Shown here piece by piece: positions 30,802-39,185 of a stretch of 64,000 nucleotides of DNA (positions within the stretch are counted from its first letter, which is position 1; each line of letters begins with the position of its first letter). The notes under the pieces are model-generated. The model did no database searches. It was not told where the DNA came from and saw nothing but the letters and a program-made list of their open reading frames with translations. This DNA is from an uncultured Pseudomonadales bacterium (GTDB lineage: Bacteria; Patescibacteriota; Microgenomatia; UBA1400; MFAQ01), in the NCBI GenBank assembly GCA_964487665.1, contig CAZARR010000003.1, positions 6,998 to 70,997 of the forward strand, in the 5' to 3' direction. The position numbers were made by a program, and so were the translations under genes.

Positions 30802-31797
30802 TTAGCAACTTTTTCGGAGATATGTGCAAATATTACGGTTATGCTGCTCAACAGTTTGGGCGTAATGAACAACACCTTGGTTATCGTGAAGATAGAACCA
30901 GTTACTGGTGATAGCGGGATTTTTTGCTGCGATGAGACTGTCCTTCCCGGGGTTACCTATTGGACCGGGGGGTAGGCCCTGGTTAATATAGGTATTGTAA
31001 GGTGAGATAATTTTTAGATCTGCGCTGGTAAGAGAGTTGGGCCACCAAACACATTGCCGAAAGCGGCAATGGGAGCTGGCAAGAGCAAACTGGACTGTAG
31101 CGTCAATTTGGAGAGGCCAATTGTTAGCTAAACGATTGGCAATGATTCCGGCAATTTCCTTTTTTTCGGCTAGGTTTCCTCTGGATTCGCGTTCGAGTAG
31201 GGAGGCAACAATAAGCTCTTTTTTGGTGATAGGGGCGATTTTGGATGAGGAAATAATCTGTTCGTAACGAGATAGAAGAGCGGAAATGACTTCTTCAGCT
31301 GATGTGGCATAGGAAAAGTTGTAGGTATCGGGAAACAGTTTACCTTCGAGAGTGGAAGACTTTTGGATAAACAGGTCAACGTCGAAGTTGTTCTGGGGGT
31401 TTTGCTTGTGAAACTGATCAAGGAAAAGATTGGCGACTTCCTCGTGGCGTAGGCCCTCTGGAACAACGACGCGTACTTGTTTATCTATGGCTTTAGTTAG
31501 AGAAGTAATAATCTCAGGCGTCGATAGCGATGGCGAGAGATAAACAAAACCGGCTTTGATATTTTTTCCCTGACCGGACGCGATTAGGTAGTAACGAGCA
31601 GCAGCTGAGGAGCGAATCAGATTGTTTTGGCGAAGGATGGCGATGACTTGGCGGCTACTTTGACCTTGTTTGATTTCGATCTCAACTGGAATTGTGTTGT
31701 TTTTGTCGACGGGGGAAAGGACGGAATAAACAAAGATGAAAAGCAATATCGAGGCAATTACTAAAATGGTAGAGATCGAGCCAAGGAGGCGATTCAT
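30802..31797 (-). CDS. mltG: Endolytic transglycosylase MltG (YceG)
   Basis: N-terminal TM, LEGKLFPDTY, ASLLERE, LQIDAT, SPYNTY, GLPPGPIGNPG. Confidence 0.93.
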   Translation of the reverse strand: MNRLLGSISTILVIASILLFIFVYSVLSPVDKNNTIPVEIEIKQGQSSRQVIAILRQNNLIRSSAAARYYLIASGQGKNIKAGFVYLSPSLSTPEIITSLTKAIDKQVRVVVPEGLRHEEVANLFLDQFHKQNPQNNFDVDLFIQKSSTLEGKLFPDTYNFSYATSAEEVISALLSRYEQIISSSKIAPITKKELIVASLLERESRGNLAEKKEIAGIIANRLANNWPLQIDATVQFALASSHCRFRQCVWWPNSLTSADLKIISPYNTYINQGLPPGPIGNPGKDSLIAAKNPAITSNWFYLHDNQGVVHYAQTVEQHNRNICTYLRKSC

Positions 31798-31800
31798 AGC

Positions 31801-32016
31801 CTAGACCTCTTCGAAAAGAGCTCTTCGATAGGATTTGTTTTTGTGGTGGTGCATAAATATGCGGCCACACTTACAAGTGACTTGGTCGTGGTCTGCAACT
31901 TTAGCTTTCTGTATTTTACCTTTGGAAAGCGCGGCACCACAGCCAACGCACTGACCTCTTGAAAGCAACCAGGATTGAATGGGGGCGATAAGATTTTTTA
32001 GTACAGTTGGTTTCAT
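31801..32016 (-). CDS. Small Zn-ribbon hypothetical protein
   Basis: 71 aa with CVGC and CKC motifs; fills the ruvX-mltG gap; upstream TGaTAGAAT. Confidence 0.75.
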   Translation of the reverse strand: MKPTVLKNLIAPIQSWLLSRGQCVGCGAALSKGKIQKAKVADHDQVTCKCGRIFMHHHKNKSYRRALFEEV

Positions 32017-32039
32017 ATTTGATTGGCGTGTTTATTCTA

Positions 32040-32435
32040 TCATTTTTTACTATCTAGGTATTCTTCGAGAATAATAGCAGCCGAATTGGCGTGGAGCGAA
32101 GATTTGTAATGGCGGGGACTGACGTTGGCCCGGGCCAATTCTGAACTTGCCTGGTGAGAGCTATTATCCTCAGAATAAAGGACAAACTTGATAGTGGGAA
32201 AGTTTGTACTCAGACTGCGATGAAGATTCTGAGAGAAGCGGACTATCGGTCCCGATCGAGGTTGCCCAATGACAACAATCTGTGGATGATACTGGGTGAT
32301 GATTGAATTAAGCGATACAACCAAATGTTTTAGAGACTTTGATTCAATAGTAGATAGGGGCAGAGCCAAAAGGTTTTGGTTGGCTATGGCGACACCAGTG
32401 TGTGAAAGGCCGGGGTCGAGGCAAAGTATCGTCAT
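32040..32435 (-). CDS. ruvX: YqgF/RuvX family RNase H-fold nuclease
   Basis: LCLDPG..TGVAIA, VVIGQP, SAAIILE; alaS...ruvX...mltG synteny. Confidence 0.82.
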   Translation of the reverse strand: MTILCLDPGLSHTGVAIANQNLLALPLSTIESKSLKHLVVSLNSIITQYHPQIVVIGQPRSGPIVRFSQNLHRSLSTNFPTIKFVLYSEDNSSHQASSELARANVSPRHYKSSLHANSAAIILEEYLDSKK

Positions 32436-33223
32436 ATGTTTCTGACTAGATCCGCCTCGACAATTAGGCGTTTGAGACGAGTTCCTGGCGGAACGCAGGT
32501 TATTAATTTCAATTTTTTGTGGTCGTAAATTTGTCGTAGTACCCAGGTGTCGCTTGGTTTGACTTGGTAAACTTTGGTCACTTTGTAGGTATAAGTGTTA
32601 TTGTTAAAATTTGTAAGAATAAGGTCGTCTAATTTTACGCTAGGGAGGTAAGTAAAGATGCTCATATAGTCATTCGGTTTGGTAAGCTGGGGAAGGGTCG
32701 AGTGTCCGAAAATAACTGTGTCGCCAAATCCCCCTGGGAGCGCAGTGCCAGGGAAGTGGACAAGACTTTTGCCCAGATCGTCGCCGTTGATTGTGACGAT
32801 TGCTAGATCAAGCTTGAGGCTAGGTACGCTAATGGTAAAGGTCTTGAGATCTGTGGGGGGAGGGTTGAGTTGTGAGATCGTAGTTGGTTCTGAAGGAGGA
32901 ATGTTTTTGGCGGCAAACCAGTTACTGGCCTTGGTAAAGTCGAGGTCGGAAACCACCTGAGGGCCGTTTTCGGTATCAAGTGAGGGGAATGATGACGCAT
33001 CGACGATTGGTGAAAGAAGTCCAACGCGGGCATATCGATCGGTTGTGGGTGAGTTGGATCTGTCAGTGAACTGATACTCGACGATCGGCCAAGTCACACT
33101 GGCAATAATTGCTAAGCCAAGAGCAGAAATTATTATAGGTAGTAACTTTAGATAAAGCGGGAGAATGTGTCCAGGATAAGGATTTTCTGGTGTGGCTTTT
33201 TGATATGCGTACGGTTCATACAT
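32432..33223 (-). CDS. Sortase family transpeptidase
   Basis: N-terminal TM; HFPGT.LPG; IFGHS; LITCVPPGT..KRL (H/C/R triad). Confidence 0.88.
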   Translation of the reverse strand: MYEPYAYQKATPENPYPGHILPLYLKLLPIIISALGLAIIASVTWPIVEYQFTDRSNSPTTDRYARVGLLSPIVDASSFPSLDTENGPQVVSDLDFTKASNWFAAKNIPPSEPTTISQLNPPPTDLKTFTISVPSLKLDLAIVTINGDDLGKSLVHFPGTALPGGFGDTVIFGHSTLPQLTKPNDYMSIFTYLPSVKLDDLILTNFNNNTYTYKVTKVYQVKPSDTWVLRQIYDHKKLKLITCVPPGTRLKRLIVEADLVRNI

Positions 33224-35333
33224 TGGTTTGGTTAGAAACTATTATGATTTTTATCCTAGCGGGGTTTCTGGGGAGATATTGATTGAGAATTGGTAGACTG
33301 GGGGTAATTTTTACAACGATTGACGAAACTCCGCTGGTGTTGTCGAATAGGGAAGGAATTTTGCTTACCGATTTCCCGGCGAGAACCGAGGGATATTGGG
33401 CAACATTAATATCCGGAACTAATTGCCCTTGGACGGCGGCTGAGGCTGTGTAGCTGTCATTGGTGATCTTTTTTATATCGTTTAATACGATAGTAGTTGA
33501 GGTCGGATCAAGTTTTTTTTGACTGTATTTGCCAGACACAATTTGTTTGGTTAAGTTGTTTATCAAATTCTCTGGGGAATAAACCAAGACTGGTACAGAA
33601 GCGGATAAGTTGAGAGAAAGTTCGTCTGACGCCTCGGATATTTTGGCAGAAAACTTTTTGGTGGTAATCTTGATATCTCCCGAGACACTTTTTGACTCGT
33701 TGTCATTTGAGGTAGATTCGCTATTTACTTTGGTGCTGACCTCTGCGAGCGCTTGTTCTTCGAGAGACTTGATGTCTCTATCAGAAACAGCTTTGACTGT
33801 TTTTGAAGATCCGCCGGAGAAATCCTTGTCGCAAATGGCAATTAGTGTGCTTTTTGGATATTTATCGACAGAAAATTGGGTGTCTTTGGGGAGGTTGCTC
33901 TCTGCGCCAATTTTGAGAGCGCTTACGGTAATTGCTGAACTACCAGGAGTGATAACAAAGGGTGGTTCAGGCTGGGAGGAGCTTGAGGCAATAAAAACTG
34001 AGTCGTCTAGGCTGAAGTCCTGGCCATTGCTGGCAGTAACTTTTGTTCCTGCTTTAAGTGCTATCAATTGACTTGAACGGTTGTAGATTGTGATCGTGCC
34101 CTTGGCTTTGTCGCCAACTACGGTTTCTCCCGTGGTGCTTATCTTTTTTTCCACATTTACGGTTAGAGTTTCTTCGCGAAGAATAGCTGAGCCGGCCTGA
34201 TCTTTGGAGAGATTAACAGTGACTGTTTGTTCGAGACTTTCTGGTTTGGTCTTGATGGTAATTTCTGCCCGAACAAGAGATTGGTAGAAAAGGAATAGAA
34301 TAGCAGGAATTATTGGCACGCCAATAAGGAAAAAATATTTAAGTGAAAGTTGAGGAAGACGAAGCCTAGGAAGAGACAGGCTAGGAATAAGCCTATGTTT
34401 AAGTGATGTTTGGGGTTCGGGTTGGTGAATAACAAGAGGTGTTGGAGGCAAAGGAGGTGTGGAATCGATTTCCGGCGATTTATTTTCCGATTCGACTTCG
34501 AACCCAAGGTCTTTGAGGGTTGCCTCGTTTACCGGAGTGACATCAGAAGAGGCGATTGTGCCATCTTCTGTTGTTGGGGTAGTGACAACATCTAGCCCAA
34601 GAGATTTGGCAGCTTCAGTGCCACCACATAGGGCAATAGCCTTGATGGAAAAATCACTATCAAGAACTTCAACCTTGGGAAGATGTAAAAAGTTGAGTTT
34701 TTCTAACCATGGATAAGAGATAATCTGTTGGCGTTCATTGTCTAAGTTGGAACCATTTGTCAAGATGAAACGGACAGGGAGGCGGTCGGCTCCAATGCGA
34801 ACCAGGGCCTCTTCTACGTCCTTGGCCAGGTCATCGGAACGACCCACCTCTTCTTGTCTTTCCACCTGTCCAACCCTAATTAGCGATACTACGGCTCGGG
34901 TGGGGTAAATTTCAATAAGAATAGCAGTGGGAGGAATACCATCCTGTTTTTTGAGCTGCTGGACAATAGCTTCGGTGATCGTTACCAAGCCAATGGGCTT
35001 GAGGTTAAGATCGTTGATAATCTTTTTGATCTGTGAACTGTAGTCAGTGGAAATTTTGTCACCATCGAGCCAAGACTCGGGTAGTCCAAGGATAACCCGG
35101 TCTGGTTCGCTGCCTAAGGTCTTGACTGCGTTGGTAAGTGAAATGTCTACACCATTGACCAAGGACTCGCTATCTTCCCAGGCTTCGTATGAACCGACAG
35201 CGATAATTTCCGGCTGGTTGTCTACAACTTTCCAAGAAGCTGTTTTTACTAAAGAGTCATGAATTTCTAGAGCTAAGAAAAACTCCTCGGTCTGAGTGGG
35301 GCTGTCTTTTTTAAATAGGCGTTTTATCTCCAT
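33216..35333 (-). CDS. Membrane protein: FtsA/actin-like N-terminal region, Pro-rich linker, single TM, baseplate-J-like/beta-rich C-terminal region
   Basis: FFLALEIHDSLVKTASW and VILGLP resemble an actin-fold/FtsA-like start; TM near aa 333-352; KAKGTITIYN...LKAGT and GAESNL...FSGG resemble baseplate-J-like segments (recognised by eye). Confidence 0.55.
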   Translation of the reverse strand: MEIKRLFKKDSPTQTEEFFLALEIHDSLVKTASWKVVDNQPEIIAVGSYEAWEDSESLVNGVDISLTNAVKTLGSEPDRVILGLPESWLDGDKISTDYSSQIKKIINDLNLKPIGLVTITEAIVQQLKKQDGIPPTAILIEIYPTRAVVSLIRVGQVERQEEVGRSDDLAKDVEEALVRIGADRLPVRFILTNGSNLDNERQQIISYPWLEKLNFLHLPKVEVLDSDFSIKAIALCGGTEAAKSLGLDVVTTPTTEDGTIASSDVTPVNEATLKDLGFEVESENKSPEIDSTPPLPPTPLVIHQPEPQTSLKHRLIPSLSLPRLRLPQLSLKYFFLIGVPIIPAILFLFYQSLVRAEITIKTKPESLEQTVTVNLSKDQAGSAILREETLTVNVEKKISTTGETVVGDKAKGTITIYNRSSQLIALKAGTKVTASNGQDFSLDDSVFIASSSSQPEPPFVITPGSSAITVSALKIGAESNLPKDTQFSVDKYPKSTLIAICDKDFSGGSSKTVKAVSDRDIKSLEEQALAEVSTKVNSESTSNDNESKSVSGDIKITTKKFSAKISEASDELSLNLSASVPVLVYSPENLINNLTKQIVSGKYSQKKLDPTSTTIVLNDIKKITNDSYTASAAVQGQLVPDINVAQYPSVLAGKSVSKIPSLFDNTSGVSSIVVKITPSLPILNQYLPRNPARIKIIIVSNQTNV

Positions 35334-37203
35334 CTGGGGCAGTTAATTGCAAGTAGATACGCCGAGTGTTGGCACCGAGTGACTCTTGACGCACCACCTT
35401 AATAGTACCAATTTCTTTGGTGCGCGTCACATGTGGTCCCCCACAAAGTTCTTTGGAATAACTTCCAATTGAAAAAACCGTAACTAAATTGGGATATTTT
35501 TGTTTGAAAAAGGCAAGAGCCCCTGAAGCGATTGCTTCATCAAAAGACATGGTAGTTGAAGAAACGGGGAGATTTTCGGTGATTTTTTGATTGATGGTGT
35601 TTTGAATTGAATCAATTTGATCTGGAGTGAGGGGCTTGTCGTAAGAGAAGTCGAAACGAAGACGATCGGCGGTAATATTGGACCCAGCTTGGTGGACAGT
35701 ATCCCCCAATATGTCACGGAGGGCTTGGTGGAGAAGGTGGGTGGCTGTGTGATACTTGGTGGTGACCTGAGAGTGATCAGCTAGTCCGCCCTTGAACATA
35801 CCTGCTGAAGCCGATCTTGAAGTGTTTTGATGTTTGACCATTTCGTTTTCAAAGTCGATTTTTTTTGGCGGTATATAACCTGGTTTGCCCGAGATTATTT
35901 CTTGGGTGACCTCGAAAGGGAAACCAAAGTTTTGGAATAGATTGAAAGCAAATTGGCCATTAATTTTATTGGCAGGGGTTTTTTCTATTAGTCGATAACC
36001 AGTGGTGAATACCTTGGCGAATTTCTCCATTTCCGTAGTAATGGTCGCCAAAGCGCTTGGGTAAACCCCAGATAGATAATTGGGGTATATGTCACAAACG
36101 ACCTGGATCAATTTGGTTAGGTTGTTGGCAAAGTTAGCTTCACCGGTCAGTTGGTAGACTTTGACGGCAGAGCGGCGCAAGAGTCGACGAAGAACATAAC
36201 CCTGTTGCTTGTTGCTTGGTTCGAGCCCTGCTGCGATCATAAACACTGAAGCTTTGAGGTGATCGGCAATAATTCGCATAATGGTCTGATCTCTTCCCTG
36301 GTATTTTTTACCCGTAAGTTGGGAGATCTGATTGATTATAGGCAAGAATAAATCGGTGAGAAAAATATCAGGATTGTTGTTGTGGGCGGCAAGTATTCTT
36401 TCTAGGCCTCCACCGAAGTCAACGTTTTTGTGAGGCAAGGCGGTGCAGGAGCCATCTGAGTTTTTTTGATATTCCATGAATACTGAGTTGCCTATTTCGA
36501 GAAAGTGTCCACAGTCACAATTGGGGTGACATTTTTGGCCGAATTTCGTATCGTGAGGTATATCAGTAAATTCGAAAAATATTTCGGAGCTGGGACCTCC
36601 TGGTTCTCCTGTGGGCATGGTGGTTGGAGTATGACCATTTCTAGCCCACCAGTTTTTTTTGGAATCGTAGTAAAAGATACGACCACCTGCCAACCCTACC
36701 TTGGCTGCGTTTTCGAGAGTATCGAGCGAGACAATTTCGGCATTTACGTTGTGCTGTTTAAAAAGTTTTTGCCACAGTTTTGGAGATAATTCATCTCTTG
36801 AAATATTGTTTTGAGGGTCGCCATTGAAAACGGTGACATATAGTTTTTCTGGATTTAGACCGACAATGTTGACTAGAAATTCAAAGATCCAAGTCAGCTG
36901 TTCTTCTTTAAAGTAGTCTCCCAGGGACCAATTACCAAGCATTTCAAATAGGGTGGTGTGGCGATTGTCGCCGATCTCGTTTAGATCTTCGGCTCGAAAA
37001 CAAACTTGCGAGTCGACTAACCGGACTCCCAACGGGTGAGTCTGTCCCAATAGATATGGCATCATGGGCTGCATACCAGAACCAGTAAAAAGGGTGGTTG
37101 GGTCCCCTTCGGGTAGTAAACTACTACTGGGGATGGGACGATGTTTTCTTGTTGAGTCGCAAAAAAAATCAAGATACTTTTGGCGCAATTCCTGTCCGGT
37201 CAT
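35311..37203 (-). CDS. alaS: Alanyl-tRNA synthetase, shortened (no C-Ala domain)
   Basis: LFTGSGMQP, FEMLGNWSLGDYFKE, DFGGGLER, HTATHLL, ELCGGPH. Confidence 0.95.
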   Translation of the reverse strand: MTGQELRQKYLDFFCDSTRKHRPIPSSSLLPEGDPTTLFTGSGMQPMMPYLLGQTHPLGVRLVDSQVCFRAEDLNEIGDNRHTTLFEMLGNWSLGDYFKEEQLTWIFEFLVNIVGLNPEKLYVTVFNGDPQNNISRDELSPKLWQKLFKQHNVNAEIVSLDTLENAAKVGLAGGRIFYYDSKKNWWARNGHTPTTMPTGEPGGPSSEIFFEFTDIPHDTKFGQKCHPNCDCGHFLEIGNSVFMEYQKNSDGSCTALPHKNVDFGGGLERILAAHNNNPDIFLTDLFLPIINQISQLTGKKYQGRDQTIMRIIADHLKASVFMIAAGLEPSNKQQGYVLRRLLRRSAVKVYQLTGEANFANNLTKLIQVVCDIYPNYLSGVYPSALATITTEMEKFAKVFTTGYRLIEKTPANKINGQFAFNLFQNFGFPFEVTQEIISGKPGYIPPKKIDFENEMVKHQNTSRSASAGMFKGGLADHSQVTTKYHTATHLLHQALRDILGDTVHQAGSNITADRLRFDFSYDKPLTPDQIDSIQNTINQKITENLPVSSTTMSFDEAIASGALAFFKQKYPNLVTVFSIGSYSKELCGGPHVTRTKEIGTIKVVRQESLGANTRRIYLQLTAPDGDKTPI

Positions 37204-37229
37204 ATGGCTAATTATAGCCCAAGAGCGCG

Positions 37230-37514
37230 CTAGTTTTCGAAATATTGAGGTTCTGGAAGCGGGGGGCGATAACCGGAGGGGGAAGATGGGCTATCTTGAA
37301 CAAGGGTTCCAACACGGGAAAGGGTTTCCTTGGTAGCATTCTTAATTTTGTCCGTTATCGGTGACTGGGAGAGTTCATCGAGAAAAGTTTTGGTGATACG
37401 TCGCCCTTCCTTGGTGCCCAACATCAGAGCCCCGATGGCTCCGAAGGTCAGGCCAAGCATAAAAACAGAAAAGGAATGGTCAATGGTGATCTCCTTAGAA
37501 TTATTCCCGGTCAT
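37230..37514 (-). CDS. YtxH-like small membrane protein
   Basis: FMLGLTFGAIGALMLGTKEG pattern; adjacent to a DUF948-like gene. Confidence 0.6.
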   Translation of the reverse strand: MTGNNSKEITIDHSFSVFMLGLTFGAIGALMLGTKEGRRITKTFLDELSQSPITDKIKNATKETLSRVGTLVQDSPSSPSGYRPPLPEPQYFEN

Positions 37515-37770
37515 GATTCCTGTTTAAGACGCTGGTGATAATCTCGATAATTTTCGAGGATTGACGTACCCCCTCTACCAAACCGGCGATTCCGGTAACT
37601 GGTGCAGCAAATTTTTGAATTGTCGCCTCGGCAGAATTGAGAACCTCATCAAAGCGAGCCAGCGATTTTTGCATTTGTTTAAGAATAATTACTACCTGGA
37701 TGCCGATTACCACAGCGACGAGGGTAAGAATGGTAATGGCAGAAGTAGAGATGATTTCGGGAATTGTCAT
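37501..37770 (-). CDS. DUF948/YtxG-like membrane protein
   Basis: N-terminal TM then amphipathic helix; paired with the YtxH-like gene. Confidence 0.55.
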   Translation of the reverse strand: MTIPEIISTSAITILTLVAVVIGIQVVIILKQMQKSLARFDEVLNSAEATIQKFAAPVTGIAGLVEGVRQSSKIIEIITSVLNRNHDRE

Positions 37771-37799
37771 GTGTGAGTTTAATTAAGCCAGTAGAGAGA

Positions 37800-38567
37800 C
37801 TAATTGTCAAATGATAGCTTGCGGCAGAGTAAAGCCATGAACAAAGGGATCTCGTGACGAGCGATATTTTCTGATTTGGCACGCGTACCCCTGCTAACAC
37901 GTCCGGAGGTCCATTCTTCGATGGTTTCCACGATAAATCCCGCTTGGCGGAGCTGCTCAGAATAGGTGGACAGAGCCAGGTGATATGACCAAGTAATCGG
38001 TGATTTTTTCTGGCCGGGATGGGTAAGTATGGGAATTTTAAGTGGTTGCAAATATCGATTTACAAAACGGTACTGAGTTTTGGTGTCGGGATTTTGACCC
38101 CACCCACTCTGGCGAGGAATTCGGAAACAAGGGTGGTTAATGACAACCAGGAATTTACCGGTAGTGGCCAGTAACCGAGAGGCATTTGCAAAAACGGCTT
38201 GTGATTGGTCGATGTTCTGTAGGGCCAATATGATTGCAGCGTGTGAAAATATCTGGTTGAGATTGAGAGGTTTGGTTACATCTCCGATATGGTAGGAATG
38301 ATGAGGTGACCGGTCTAGCTTTTTGGCTGTGGAAATTAACGATGGAGACAAGTCTATTCCAAGATATGTGTTTTGAGGGTTTATCGATCGGCCGAGAACT
38401 CCTTGGCCGCAAGCTAGGTCAAGAATTTTAGACGAGGAATCTATTCTAAGTAAACTAAGAGACTGAGGAATGACAACGTGTTGATGATAATAATGCCCCC
38501 CACGGGAAACGATTTGGTTGTACCACACAGAACTCGATTCCCAAGATGTAACTGAGTCGTTTTTCAT
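37800..38567 (-). CDS. Class I SAM-dependent methyltransferase
   Basis: ILDLACGQG, GIDLS, NHPCFRIPRQS. Confidence 0.85.
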   Translation of the reverse strand: MKNDSVTSWESSSVWYNQIVSRGGHYYHQHVVIPQSLSLLRIDSSSKILDLACGQGVLGRSINPQNTYLGIDLSPSLISTAKKLDRSPHHSYHIGDVTKPLNLNQIFSHAAIILALQNIDQSQAVFANASRLLATTGKFLVVINHPCFRIPRQSGWGQNPDTKTQYRFVNRYLQPLKIPILTHPGQKKSPITWSYHLALSTYSEQLRQAGFIVETIEEWTSGRVSRGTRAKSENIARHEIPLFMALLCRKLSFDN

Positions 38568-39181
38568 TGGCTAATTATGACAATTGGAATTTTTTGGGAA
38601 TTGGATTGATGGTAACGGTTCGTCGAGACCACAACAATTTCTTTTATCAGAGGATCAAAGATAATCGTTTCTTTGAAATAACCGTGTGAATCTGGTTTGA
38701 CGGTGTTTGTCGAGTTAATTGTTATGATCGATCCGGGATCTGTTTTTCCCTCAATGGTTATATCCGGCCCGGTTACTGCTTGTGGTTCTGGGCGGACAAT
38801 TTCCAGTTTGGGTGGGGTGATGACGGCTCGGAATTGAAAAATTAGGTAACTCACGAAAACTAAAACCCCCACAAAAATGTAAATCATTGGTCCGGGTCTT
38901 TTGGCGAGCCCGAAACGATTCCGGAGAGTGAGATGCTGGGAGGGTGTATCTGTTTTAAAGTCGCGGCGATAAAGTGCAATTAGTGGTTCGGGTGGGGCAC
39001 CCAGCGCCCTAGCGATAATTTTTATGTAGCCTTTGGCTGTGGTATTGGGAATACGAGCAAATTGGTTTGATTCCAAAAGGATAAGTTTTTGGGAATCAAT
39101 CTTGGTTGTCTGTGACAGTTGATCAATAGATATGTTTTGAGACAGACGGGTTTTTTTTATTTCCTCCCCTACAGTCATCAT
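38564..39181 (-). CDS. RodZ-like HTH membrane protein with C-terminal Ig-like domain
   Basis: TVGEEIKKTR...LE HTH, KGYIK, TM, PPKLEI.RP; follows ftsK. Confidence 0.75.
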   Translation of the reverse strand: MMTVGEEIKKTRLSQNISIDQLSQTTKIDSQKLILLESNQFARIPNTTAKGYIKIIARALGAPPEPLIALYRRDFKTDTPSQHLTLRNRFGLAKRPGPMIYIFVGVLVFVSYLIFQFRAVITPPKLEIVRPEPQAVTGPDITIEGKTDPGSIITINSTNTVKPDSHGYFKETIIFDPLIKEIVVVSTNRYHQSNSQKIPIVIISQ

Positions 39182-39185
39182 GGGG

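Noticed and set aside
33216-35333. Prophage or contractile injection system suggested by the baseplate-like domain
   Set aside because: No sheath, tube, terminase, capsid or integrase genes; embedded among housekeeping genes
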